Of a DNA stretch of 64,000 bases, positions 44,039-53,051 are shown piece by piece. The number at the start of each line of letters is the position of its first letter. The stretch's first letter is position 1. The DNA is from Cellvibrionaceae bacterium. GTDB taxonomy: Bacteria; Pseudomonadota; Gammaproteobacteria; Pseudomonadales; Cellvibrionaceae. The DNA is taken from NCBI GenBank assembly GCA_025800435.1, contig JAOXRV010000044.1, positions 2,152-66,151 of the forward strand, read 5' to 3'. A model generated the notes under the pieces. That model made no database searches. It was not told the origin of the DNA and worked only from the letters and a program-made list of their open reading frames with translations. A program made the position numbers and the translations under genes.

Positions 44039-46363
44039 TTAAAAGCTGGCCTGCAGGTTTACCGCAGCGGTGCGCGGTGCGCCAATCCAGGCGCCGCTAC
44101 CGGCCACACCACCGAGGTAAGACTCGTCGGTAATGTTGTTGATAGTTAAGCGCAGCTGCACATCTTCAACTTGCTCGCCAATAGCACCGAGGCTGACCGC
44201 GGCGTAGAAATCGGCAACGGTGTAGGCATCAATACGCTGGGTATTGGCCGCATCCAACCAGCGTTCGCCAACCCATTTGGTGGACAGGCCGGCGCTGTAG
44301 CTGTCTTTCTGCCAGTCGATCGATAATACGCCCATACGCTCGGCAGAACCGAACACAGTGTTGCCAGTGGGGAAACCGGGGCTGCGATCGGCGTACTCGG
44401 AATCGTTATCGGTGTAGGAGGCGTAAACACTCCAGTTGTCGTTAACGGCAACGGTCAGAGACGCCTCCAGACCTTTAGATTCGATACCACCGGTGTTGAT
44501 ATAGCTGCCGTTGGTGCCGATCAAATAGTCGATACCGTCGGGCGAATCGGGGGCCAAAAAGGTCAGGCGGTTTTCAAACTCGATGCTGTAGTAAGTCAGG
44601 CTGGCACTGATGCTGTCGCCTTCGTAACGCAGACCCAGGTCGATATTGTCGGCAGTTTCAGGCTCGATATTGGCCAGTGCCGAAGCGTCGCGTTCGAGCA
44701 CGCCATCTTTGATGGCAGCGAAGTTCTCGGCGTAACCGGCGAATACTTCCAGGCCTTCAACCGGGGTGCGCACAACCACACCGGCAGATAGCAGGGTGTC
44801 AGAGTCGGAATCAACGCTCAGGCCCTGGCCGCTAAACTTGTCTTGTTTTTCCAGCTCGACGTCAAAGCGCTTTAAGCCGACGCGGGCGGTTAGCGGGCCG
44901 ACTTCAATTTGGTCTTCCAGATACATCATCATGGTGTCGACCGGGAAGGCTACAGAATACTGTACCCAGTAGGCCTGGTGATCAAAGTTGTAGCCTACGC
45001 TGGAATCGATAATTTTGTGCCAGTCGCGGTACTCTTCACGGTGGTAATCTTCGTACCAAATGCCGCCACGCAGGGTGTTGTCGACATCGCCAAAGCTGGT
45101 TTCCCATACAAAATCGGCGTTAAAGCCTTTGCGCTCTTTAGCGTAGTGGGTGTGCCGGTAAGAGCCCACGGCAATGGCGCCAGCGCCGTAACACTTGGGG
45201 TCATACTCGGGGCCGGCACCGCCGTAGGGGAAGGTGATGGAGCTTTGGCAGCCAGCATTGGGGCTGAGGCTATTGCCATTGGCATCGACAAAGAAAATAC
45301 GGCCCAAAGGCGCGCCGCCCATCACCGTATTGCCCTGTAGCTCGCTGTGACCATTGGCACCGTCGTCAGTTACGTCAACCATATAAGGGGGCACCCAATC
45401 GCCGCGGCCTTCATTCTTGTGGTAGTAAATATTGGTGTTTACTTCCACTTGGCCCAGCTCAAATTCAGCTTTGAGGTAGCCGAATAGGTTTTCACGCAGG
45501 GTAGACCAGCCTTTGCGGTAGAGCTGATCCACATAGGGGGTGCCGGTCCATTCGCCGGTCAGGCGATCCCAGCTGGGGTCTTGTTCGAACTGGGCCAGGG
45601 ATACGCGCTGGTAGTTGTCTTCGTGTACATCGTCGTAGGAGACATAGGCCGTGATGTTAATATCGTTGATCGTGCTGATCAGTTTGCCGGCAAAGTGATC
45701 GCGAGTGTTTTCGGCAGAGCCATCAATCCAGTCGGCGTTTTCGCTGCTGGAAACACTCAACCAGGCGTAGGTTTCGGGCAAAATTTCGCCGGTCTCGTAG
45801 CGAACAAAATACTTGCTGGCATCGGCATCGCCGGCGGTTACACTCAGGGTCAAACGCTCTTCTTCACCTGGGTCGATGGTGGTGAAGTTCAAAGTACCAC
45901 CCAGGGCCTCGTTAGAGCGTGAGGCTACATCTGCGGTACCCTGGGATACTTCAACGGTTTGCAGGTTTTCGGTATCGATATAGCGGTTGGCCTTGGCACC
46001 GCCGCCGTAGTTGGAGTTGCCATTGGCAATACCGTCAACGGTGACGCCCACTTGTTGCGAATCCAGGCTCAGCTGAAAGCCGCGAATCGAAACGGTGGTC
46101 GACCAGTCGTCGGTGCCGAAAGTATCGCCTTCGTTAACCAATACACCGGGCAGATTGTCGATCACCGCCAGCGGGCTGGTCATGGCCGACTGCTGTTTGA
46201 TCATTTCAGAGCTGGCAGAGTTATTAGCGTAGGAAACGCTTTTGCCAATTACGGTGACTTCTTCAATTGTATCGTTGGCAGGCGCTGCATCTTCCGCCTG
46301 TGCGTAAGCAGCACTGGTGGCCATGGCCAGGGCTAATAGGTTCTTAGAAAAATTGGTTTTCAT
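44039..46363 (-). CDS. TonB-dependent outer-membrane receptor (Pho-regulon candidate)
   Basis: Signal peptide MKTNFSKNLLALAMATSAAYAQA, TonB box EEVTVIG, plug, a 22-strand-type barrel, and canonical C-terminal ...AAVNLQASF. Confidence 0.92.
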   Translation of the reverse strand: MKTNFSKNLLALAMATSAAYAQAEDAAPANDTIEEVTVIGKSVSYANNSASSEMIKQQSAMTSPLAVIDNLPGVLVNEGDTFGTDDWSTTVSIRGFQLSLDSQQVGVTVDGIANGNSNYGGGAKANRYIDTENLQTVEVSQGTADVASRSNEALGGTLNFTTIDPGEEERLTLSVTAGDADASKYFVRYETGEILPETYAWLSVSSSENADWIDGSAENTRDHFAGKLISTINDINITAYVSYDDVHEDNYQRVSLAQFEQDPSWDRLTGEWTGTPYVDQLYRKGWSTLRENLFGYLKAEFELGQVEVNTNIYYHKNEGRGDWVPPYMVDVTDDGANGHSELQGNTVMGGAPLGRIFFVDANGNSLSPNAGCQSSITFPYGGAGPEYDPKCYGAGAIAVGSYRHTHYAKERKGFNADFVWETSFGDVDNTLRGGIWYEDYHREEYRDWHKIIDSSVGYNFDHQAYWVQYSVAFPVDTMMMYLEDQIEVGPLTARVGLKRFDVELEKQDKFSGQGLSVDSDSDTLLSAGVVVRTPVEGLEVFAGYAENFAAIKDGVLERDASALANIEPETADNIDLGLRYEGDSISASLTYYSIEFENRLTFLAPDSPDGIDYLIGTNGSYINTGGIESKGLEASLTVAVNDNWSVYASYTDNDSEYADRSPGFPTGNTVFGSAERMGVLSIDWQKDSYSAGLSTKWVGERWLDAANTQRIDAYTVADFYAAVSLGAIGEQVEDVQLRLTINNITDESYLGGVAGSGAWIGAPRTAAVNLQASF

Positions 46364-46426
46364 TGACTGCCTCTCAACATTTTTTGCTATAGGTAGGTTG
46401 ATGGGCGGCGAGTATGTGGCCTATTT

Positions 46427-46444
46427 GTGACACACATATGGCAG
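46427..46444 (-). promoter_or_regulatory. Putative Pho box (PhoB binding site)
   Basis: The minus strand reads CTGCCATATGTGTGTCAC, versus the E. coli consensus CTGTCATA(A/T)A(T/A)CTGTCA(C/T). About 15/18 positions match, as two 7-mers 11 bp apart. It lies 64-81 nt upstream of the receptor ATG. Confidence 0.5.
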
Positions 46445-46707
46445 TTTGTTTTAAATCTGTGTATTTATTTGGTTTTTGTTAAGTCGCTACCACTGTTTGC
46501 CAAAGAAATACACAAACATGAAGTTTTTGTGAAGGTGGTAAAAATTCTAGATGAATTATAAGTGACAGCTTTGGGAGTTTAACTGTTTTGCCCTGGGCCC
46601 TTGAGGGAGCTGGCCCCCTGGCCGTTTGATTATTGTGGGTGGGGAACTGTTATGCACAGTTGTTTATAATGTGATAAATACCTGTACCCGAGACAATAAT
46701 AAACCCA

Positions 46708-48060
46708 ATGATAAAACCCAGTGAGAGTTGTGTGAATTTCGATCAATCCTATTGCAGTCATATCGCCGCGAAGCTTGAAGCTACCCAAGCCTATATGGCT
46801 GGCGCCCAGTGGGGCGGTCTCGTTATTGCCTCCGGTGCGCTGGAGCCAATCTTTAAAGACGACTACCACCACCCCTTTGTGGTGAACCCCTATTTTAAGG
46901 AATGGCTGCCCCTGACCGGGGTGCCTAACTGCTATTTATATATTCCCGTCAGTGGTCGCCCCAGCTTGTACTTTTATAAGCCCCAGGATATTTGGCACAA
47001 GGTCAGCGCGCTGCCAGATGAGTTCTGGAGTCGCCACTTTGATATCTTAGAGTATGGCGACGAGGCACTGTTGACCAAGTTACTGGCCACAATTAAGGGG
47101 CGCACCGCCTTTATCGGCCCAGCGGCGGCACTGCCCAGTGTGCCCGCGGCTGCCGATTGGCAGCTGAACGACGCCGGGCTGCTCAACTATTTTAATTATC
47201 GGCGGGCCTGTAAATCCGCCTATGAGGTTGACTCGATCGAGGCGGCCAATCAGCGTGCGGCCATTGCCCACAAAGCGGCGGCCGAGGCGTTTCACACCGG
47301 TGCCAGCGAATACGAGATTAACCGCGCCTATTTGGCGGCGGTAAATCTGCGTGAGGCCGAGTTGCCCTACGGCAATATTATCGCCCTTAACGAGAACGGC
47401 GCAATTTTACACTACACCCATATGGACACCGAGGCGCCGAGCCCCAGTCGTTCTTTTTTGATTGATGCCGGTTTTAGCGTCAATGGCTATGCGGCTGATA
47501 TCAGCCGCAGCTACTGCCGCGATAACAGTGATAGTGGGGCCCTGTTTAGCCACCTGATTGCGCAGCTGGATAAGGCTCAGCAACAGCTGATTGGCCAACT
47601 GCAAGTGGGGCAGGAGTATTTGCAGGCGCATTTGGCCATGCACCGAATGCTGGGCGATATCTTATACGCTGCTGGCCTTATTAAGGTTGATGGCGAAAGT
47701 GCCCTGGCCGAAGGTATCACCTCTAGCTTTTTACCCCACGGCCTAGGTCACCTTTTGGGTGTACAAGTACACGATTTGGGTGGCTGGCAGCGCAACCTGG
47801 CGGGGCAGATCCAAGAGCCGCCGGCCGAGCACCCCTATTTGCGCCTTAACCGCCCCTTGGCCGATGGCATGGTTATTACCGTCGAGCCCGGCATTTATTT
47901 TATTGAGCCGCTATTGGCACAGCTAAAAGCCAGCACCAAATCACTGTTGGTAGATTGGCAGCAGGTGGATAGGCTGCGGCCTTTTGGTGGCATTCGAATT
48001 GAAGATAATGTGCTGATCAGCGAGCGCGGCGCCCGCAATTTAACCCGGCCTTATTTATAG
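46708..48060 (+). CDS. pepQ: Xaa-Pro dipeptidase PepQ (M24B)
   Basis: N-terminal region collinear with E. coli PepQ (HPFVVNPYFKEWLPLTGVPNCYL) and M24 metal ligands in FLIDAGF, HGLGHLLGVQVHD, TVEPGIYF and IRIEDNV. Confidence 0.9.
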   Translation: MIKPSESCVNFDQSYCSHIAAKLEATQAYMAGAQWGGLVIASGALEPIFKDDYHHPFVVNPYFKEWLPLTGVPNCYLYIPVSGRPSLYFYKPQDIWHKVSALPDEFWSRHFDILEYGDEALLTKLLATIKGRTAFIGPAAALPSVPAAADWQLNDAGLLNYFNYRRACKSAYEVDSIEAANQRAAIAHKAAAEAFHTGASEYEINRAYLAAVNLREAELPYGNIIALNENGAILHYTHMDTEAPSPSRSFLIDAGFSVNGYAADISRSYCRDNSDSGALFSHLIAQLDKAQQQLIGQLQVGQEYLQAHLAMHRMLGDILYAAGLIKVDGESALAEGITSSFLPHGLGHLLGVQVHDLGGWQRNLAGQIQEPPAEHPYLRLNRPLADGMVITVEPGIYFIEPLLAQLKASTKSLLVDWQQVDRLRPFGGIRIEDNVLISERGARNLTRPYL

Positions 48061-48070
48061 CTTTGCTGAC

Positions 48071-48093
48071 TTCACTGTCGCGCCTTGTGTCGG
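48071..48093 (+). repeat. Solo copy of the left-end motif of the 19362-19592 element
   Basis: TTCACTGTCGCGCCTTGTGTCGG versus TTCGCTGTCGAGCCTTGTGTCGA at 19362-19384, matching 20/23. Both lie just downstream of a plus-strand gene in a convergent spacer. Confidence 0.55.
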
Positions 48094-48128
48094 GACTTGC
48101 TGTTGGGTCTTGTAACTCTCGTTTGCCG

Positions 48129-49544
48129 TCACTGCTTAATGCTCGCCAGTGCATCCAGTGCCAGCTGGCGCGATTCTTTTAAACTGACCAGCGGCAGCGG
48201 GTAATTAAGCCCAAGCTTTACCCCGGCCTCGGCCAATACCTCGGCCGGTGCCTCCCAGGGTTTGAATAAGTATTTATTTGGCAGGTCTTTTAGCTCGGGT
48301 ACAAAGCGGCGCGTGTACTCGCCCTGGGGGTCGAACTTTTCGCCCTGGGTGGCAGGGTTAAAAATGCGAAAAAAGGGTGCGGCATCGGCGCCACAACCGG
48401 CCACCCACTGCCAGCCGGCCGAGTTATTGGCCAGGTCTGCATCGAATAGGGTATCCCAAAACCAGCGCTCCCCGACGCGCCAATCTTGCAATAGATTCTT
48501 AACCAAAAACGAGGCGACCACCATCCGCACCCGGTTGTGCATGGTGCCGGTTTGCCACAGCTCGCGCATGCCCGCGTCCACAAATGGGATGCCGGTACGG
48601 CCCTGCTGCCAGGCGGCGATTAGGCTGGGCTCGTGGCGCCATGGGAAGTGTTCATATTTACTTTGCAGGCATTGCTCGGGCAGCTTGTTATTGTAAAACA
48701 ACAAGCTATAGGAAAACTCGCGCCACACCAATTGCCGGCAAAAGGCTTCAATGGCCGCATTATTGCCGCTCATCTGGGCGGCGTGCCAGATTTGATTGGG
48801 GCTTAACTCGCCAAAATGCAAATAGGGCGACAGCCGCGAGACGCTCATCTGGGCGGGAAAGTCGCGCCCGGTTTGATAGTTTTGTACCGCAGCCTGTAAA
48901 AAAGTTTGCAGCTGTTGCTGGGCGGCGGCTTCGCCAAAGCGCCAGTGTTGTGTGAGCGTATCGGCCCAGTCCAGTTCGGGTAGTAGAGACAGCGCCTCGA
49001 CCGAACTGGGGCTTTTAGGTTTAAGCAAATTGAGCGCTGTGGCCGCCCCCTGGGGTTGGCGCGGCGCTGCGGCGGCAAGGCAGCCCTTTTGGTAAAAGGG
49101 GGTAAAAACTTTATAGGGTGTGCCGGCGGCGGTGCTGATTGTCCAGGGCTCCCACAGCAGCGAGCCGTTGCTGCTGTGGGCGCTAATGCCTTTATTTTTT
49201 AGCTGGGTTTTCAGGAGTTTGTCGCGTTGGATCCGCCAGGGCTCATAGCAGCGGTTCCAAAAAACCTGTTCGATATTGTACTGGCTGCACAGCTCGGGAA
49301 TTAAACTGAGCGGATCGCCGCTTAGCAGTAATAGTTTATTATTAAGGGATTTGTTGAGCGCGGTTAGGGAGTGGTGCAGCCAGACTTGGCCGGCGCCGCC
49401 GGGGGCATGATCACCACTGTTGTGGCGGTCTAGGATATAGACCGGCAGCACCTTGCCCGCCTCGGCGGCTTGCTGTAAAGCGGGGTTGTCCGCCAGGCGC
49501 AGGTCCTGGCGAAACCACATAAGTACTGGGGCAGACTTGGCCAT
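48129..49544 (-). CDS. phrB: Deoxyribodipyrimidine photolyase (class I CPD photolyase)
   Basis: Start at ATG 49544 (GGAG Shine-Dalgarno 6 nt upstream). Motifs LMWFRQDLRLADNPAL and FAD-binding DADLANNSAGWQWVAGCGADAAPFFRIFNP. Confidence 0.92.
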   Translation of the reverse strand: MAKSAPVLMWFRQDLRLADNPALQQAAEAGKVLPVYILDRHNSGDHAPGGAGQVWLHHSLTALNKSLNNKLLLLSGDPLSLIPELCSQYNIEQVFWNRCYEPWRIQRDKLLKTQLKNKGISAHSSNGSLLWEPWTISTAAGTPYKVFTPFYQKGCLAAAAPRQPQGAATALNLLKPKSPSSVEALSLLPELDWADTLTQHWRFGEAAAQQQLQTFLQAAVQNYQTGRDFPAQMSVSRLSPYLHFGELSPNQIWHAAQMSGNNAAIEAFCRQLVWREFSYSLLFYNNKLPEQCLQSKYEHFPWRHEPSLIAAWQQGRTGIPFVDAGMRELWQTGTMHNRVRMVVASFLVKNLLQDWRVGERWFWDTLFDADLANNSAGWQWVAGCGADAAPFFRIFNPATQGEKFDPQGEYTRRFVPELKDLPNKYLFKPWEAPAEVLAEAGVKLGLNYPLPLVSLKESRQLALDALASIKQ

Positions 49545-49589
49545 TGCTAACTCCAAAACAAAATCTTGCCGAGTGTAGGCCGGCCACTG

Positions 49590-50777
49590 CTAGTCGGTCA
49601 ATAAGCCAAAGCCATGCTGGGCCATAATGGCTTCTTCATTGGTGGGGATAACGCGGGCGCACAGTTTAGAATCTGCGCGGCTAATAATATCCGCAGCTCG
49701 GCTGTTGGCTTGCTCATCTAAGCGAAGCCCCAGCCATTGGCAGCGGCGGCTGATCTGGGCCCGCACTGCCGCATCGTTTTCACCTACTCCGCCGGTAAAT
49801 ACCAGGGTGTCGATGCCCTCAATGGCAGCGCTTAAGCGGCCAATTTCCAGCGCTGCGCGGTAGCAAAACATATCGATCGCCAGCTTGGCGTTGGGGTCGC
49901 TGCTGGCCGCCAGGGTTTTCATTTCTGCGCTAATGCCGGAAACCCCTTTCCAGCCGCTGTCTTTATATAAAAACTGTTCCAGCTGATTGGCATCCATGCC
50001 GTAGTGGCGCTGTAAATACAGCAGCACGCCGGGGTCGATGGCGCCGCTGCGGCTGCCCATGGGTAGGCCATCGACGGCGCTAAAGCCCATGCTCGATGCC
50101 TGGGAGCGGCCCTCGGCTATGGCGCACATACTGGCGCCGGCACCGAGATGGCAGACAATAATTTTTTTGCCCTCGGTCTCGGGGTCTAATTGTGTCAGGC
50201 GCTGCAGAATATATTCGTAGCTGAGGCCGTGAAAGCCGTAGCGGTGAATGCCGGCTTCGGAGTATTTTTGATCGATGGCATAGTAGCGTTCTAGCTTGCT
50301 TTGACCGACGTGGAACATGGTGTCGAAGCAGGCAAACTGGGGCAGCTCGGGGCGCAGGGTTTGGGCGGTGGCCACCAGTTTTAAGTTAAAGGGCTGGTGC
50401 AGGGGCGCCAGGGGAATAAATTCTTCTAGCGCGGCGATAACCTCGGCGCTCAATTTTTGCGGCCGGTAAAAGCGCTCGCCGCCGTGCACGATGCGGTGGC
50501 ATATGCCGGCCAGCCTGGCATCGGGCAGTTTTTTTTCTATCCACTGCAAGGTAGTTTGCAAGCAGAAGAGGTGGCGTTGGTCGCTGGCCACCTCGGCACA
50601 ATCGAGTTCAATTTCTTCGCCGGCAATGGCTAAGCTGCCGGGGATAATTTTTAGCTTGGCCCGGCCCAACACATCGCCAAACTTAAAACGCAGCAGGCTC
50701 TGTTGTTGCTCGCTGCTAAACAGGCCGCATTTAAGGCTGGATGAACCGGCGTTGACGGTGAGCAGTAACTGGGCCAC
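49590..50777 (-). CDS. ackA: Acetate (propionate) kinase
   Basis: ASKHA family with LLTVNAGSSSLKC, HRIVHGG, GFHGLSYEY and VCHLGAGAS. Confidence 0.92.
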   Translation of the reverse strand: MAQLLLTVNAGSSSLKCGLFSSEQQQSLLRFKFGDVLGRAKLKIIPGSLAIAGEEIELDCAEVASDQRHLFCLQTTLQWIEKKLPDARLAGICHRIVHGGERFYRPQKLSAEVIAALEEFIPLAPLHQPFNLKLVATAQTLRPELPQFACFDTMFHVGQSKLERYYAIDQKYSEAGIHRYGFHGLSYEYILQRLTQLDPETEGKKIIVCHLGAGASMCAIAEGRSQASSMGFSAVDGLPMGSRSGAIDPGVLLYLQRHYGMDANQLEQFLYKDSGWKGVSGISAEMKTLAASSDPNAKLAIDMFCYRAALEIGRLSAAIEGIDTLVFTGGVGENDAAVRAQISRRCQWLGLRLDEQANSRAADIISRADSKLCARVIPTNEEAIMAQHGFGLLTD

Positions 50778-50780
50778 GGT

Positions 50781-51719
50781 TTAGGCTTCCTTCTCAGCTT
50801 GGGTTTGCGACAGCACCATATGAGAGGCCAGGGCACTGGAGGCTAGGCGTGCCAGGGTGCCGTCCGAGCGGCTGTTGAGAATAATCGGCACCCGCGCGCC
50901 GAGGGCGATACCGGCAGATTTAGCACTGGCCAAATACATTAATTGCTTGGCTATCATATTGGCCGATTCCAAATCCGGCGCCAGTAAAATATCCGCATCC
51001 CCAGACACCGGTGAATCGATGTGCTTATCGATAGCGGCCTCGCGCGAGATGGCGTTATCAAAGGCCAGCGGGCCATCCAAAATGCCGCCTTTAATTTGCC
51101 CGCGATCGGCCATTTTGCACAGCGCGGCCGCATCGATGGTAGCGGGCATATAGGATTTCACTTTTTCCACCGCCGCTAAGATGGCGACCTTGGGCTGGGC
51201 AATGCCGAGGGCCAGACAGAAGTCGATACAGTTTTGCACTATGTCTTTTTTCTGGTCGAGCTTGGGATCGACGTTAATCGCGGCGTCGGTAATAAACAAT
51301 GGCTTGTGGTAGTTGGGAACATCCAGCACAAACACATGGGATAAACGTCGCTCGGTGCGGATGCCGTGTTGTTTGTGAATGACCGCGGCAAGTAACTCGG
51401 AGGTTGAAATATCACCTTTCATTAGGGTTTCGGCGCTGCCCTCGCGGATTAGATTTACGGCGGCTTCTGCGGCGGCGTGGCTGTGGGGCACGTCGATGAT
51501 TTCAAGCCCGCTGATATTCAGCTGCTCGGCGTCGGCGGTGGCCTGGATTTTGTACGCGGGGCCGATCAGGATCGGTTTGATCAGGCCTTTGTTGCTGGCC
51601 TCCACGGCGCCGCTGAGGCCGTTCTCGGCGACTGGGTGTACCACTGCGGTGGTGACCGGGCGGGCGGTAGTTGCCTGTTCGATAAATTGTTCCAGTTGTC
51701 CGTGGCCGGTGGTCATCAT
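50781..51719 (-). CDS. pta: Phosphate acetyl/butyryl-transferase, short PTA_PTB-only form
   Basis: 312 aa PTA_PTB domain only (LMKGDISTSELL, PLFITDAAINV). Lies 3 nt upstream of ackA. Confidence 0.82.
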   Translation of the reverse strand: MMTTGHGQLEQFIEQATTARPVTTAVVHPVAENGLSGAVEASNKGLIKPILIGPAYKIQATADAEQLNISGLEIIDVPHSHAAAEAAVNLIREGSAETLMKGDISTSELLAAVIHKQHGIRTERRLSHVFVLDVPNYHKPLFITDAAINVDPKLDQKKDIVQNCIDFCLALGIAQPKVAILAAVEKVKSYMPATIDAAALCKMADRGQIKGGILDGPLAFDNAISREAAIDKHIDSPVSGDADILLAPDLESANMIAKQLMYLASAKSAGIALGARVPIILNSRSDGTLARLASSALASHMVLSQTQAEKEA

Positions 51720-51895
51720 GACGGTATTAGCTCCAAGGTTAATGGGATGCTAATAATAGTCGAAAACTGTGAACCTAGTGTGTCTGAGATCAAGTCGGGG
51801 TGCTGATAATGACTAAATAGCGGCCTCGGTTTAGCGGCTCTACTACAACTTGAATTGTAGTGAGCGCTGGTATGTAGGGGTTGGTGGGGCCGACG

Positions 51896-52126
51896 CTAGG
51901 CCGCGGTTTGATATTTTTTTAGCGTCTCTGAGAATTCGGGCTTACGGCATAAAAATTCAATAAACGCCGCAACGCCTTCTTCGGCTTGCCGGCGGTCATC
52001 GAAGGGGCCGATATCGATATGCTCACGGGTACAGTAGTACCAGTACTCGCCCTGCTGAAAGCAGCGGTTGCTGCGCTGGGGGATGGCCCCCTGTTCGCCG
52101 TTGCGGTGTGCTTGTTGTGCTGCCAT
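51896..52126 (-). CDS. Small conserved hypothetical protein (76 aa)
   Basis: Strong AAGGAG Shine-Dalgarno 7 nt upstream. The core RCFQQGEYWYYCTREHIDIGPFDDRRQAEEG resembles a small gammaproteobacterial DUF, recalled from memory only. Confidence 0.55.
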   Translation of the reverse strand: MAAQQAHRNGEQGAIPQRSNRCFQQGEYWYYCTREHIDIGPFDDRRQAEEGVAAFIEFLCRKPEFSETLKKYQTAA

Positions 52127-52256
52127 GGTAGTTTCTCCTTAACTCTTGCCGAACCACTGCCTTTGGTTCGTACTGCCTTTGGTTAGCGTAGACCAAAACC
52201 AGCCGCCGTTTGTGTGTGTCGGAATATGACGGCAGCTGTGCCTAAAAATAGAACAG

Positions 52257-53018
52257 CTAGGGGTCGAGATCTACTTTGCTGAGCTGATTTTGTGAACTGG
52301 TTCTGCTTATTAGTGCCGAAGCGTGCACAAATTCAATGCCAGCCTTGGCCAGGGCGGGGCCTATACGTTCCAGTACCTCTAAGGTTTCTGGGTGGGGGTG
52401 GCCGATAACCACCGCAGAACCACTGCGCTGGGCCCGTTTTACGGCTTTTTCCAGCTGCACCAAGATGTCTTGGTGCTTGCGGCTATTGTCTAGAAACACA
52501 TGTCGGGTGGCGCTGGGGATACGGTTTTCCTGGGCGATGCGATGGGCCTGGCTATTGGGGCTGGTGCGGCTGTCGATAAAGTAATAGGGCGTATCTTTGA
52601 GCTCGTCCATCAGCCATTGCATGGCCCGCGGTTGCTGGGTTAGGGCCGAACCCATATGGTTGTTGACCCCTACGATATGGGGCACCGCGGCCAGGCCCTG
52701 GCGCACCGTGCTTTTGAACTCGGCCTCGCTCATTTTATCGGTGAGGCCGCCCTTATCCAGGGTGCGGGGCTTATCGGTGCTCATGGGGATGTGCAGCATT
52801 ATTTCTTTGCCTGCATCGTGGCCGGCAGTGGCCAGCTCTCTGGCATTGGGGCTGTGGGGAATCACCGACAGGGTCACAGCCACCGGCAACTGGGCGCTGC
52901 GGTAGCCGTTCTCTAGGTGGTAGCCAATATCATCGATAATGATGGCCAGCTTGGTGGCGCTGGCCTGGGTGCAGCTTAGCGCGGCCAGCAGGCTCAACAG
53001 CGTGGTGGTAACTCTCAT
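52257..53018 (-). CDS. Divergent polysaccharide deacetylase family protein (YibQ-like)
   Basis: Signal peptide plus KLAIIIDDIGY and VTLSVIPHSP motifs. Synteny downstream of ctpA. Confidence 0.85.
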   Translation of the reverse strand: MRVTTTLLSLLAALSCTQASATKLAIIIDDIGYHLENGYRSAQLPVAVTLSVIPHSPNARELATAGHDAGKEIMLHIPMSTDKPRTLDKGGLTDKMSEAEFKSTVRQGLAAVPHIVGVNNHMGSALTQQPRAMQWLMDELKDTPYYFIDSRTSPNSQAHRIAQENRIPSATRHVFLDNSRKHQDILVQLEKAVKRAQRSGSAVVIGHPHPETLEVLERIGPALAKAGIEFVHASALISRTSSQNQLSKVDLDP

Positions 53019-53051
53019 GGTGGTGCGGTCCTGTCTATCCCTATCCTATCG

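Noticed and set aside
46645-46661. LexA (SOS) box next to the photolyase/pepQ region
   Set aside because: CTGT and ACAG are separated by 5 nt, not the 8 nt of gammaproteobacterial LexA sites. I kept it only as an unassigned palindrome.
46364-46707. Riboswitch (for example cobalamin) upstream of the TonB-dependent receptor
   Set aside because: I could find no B12-box-like GCCACTG core or extended conserved helices. The region is AT-rich promoter-like DNA with a Pho box instead.
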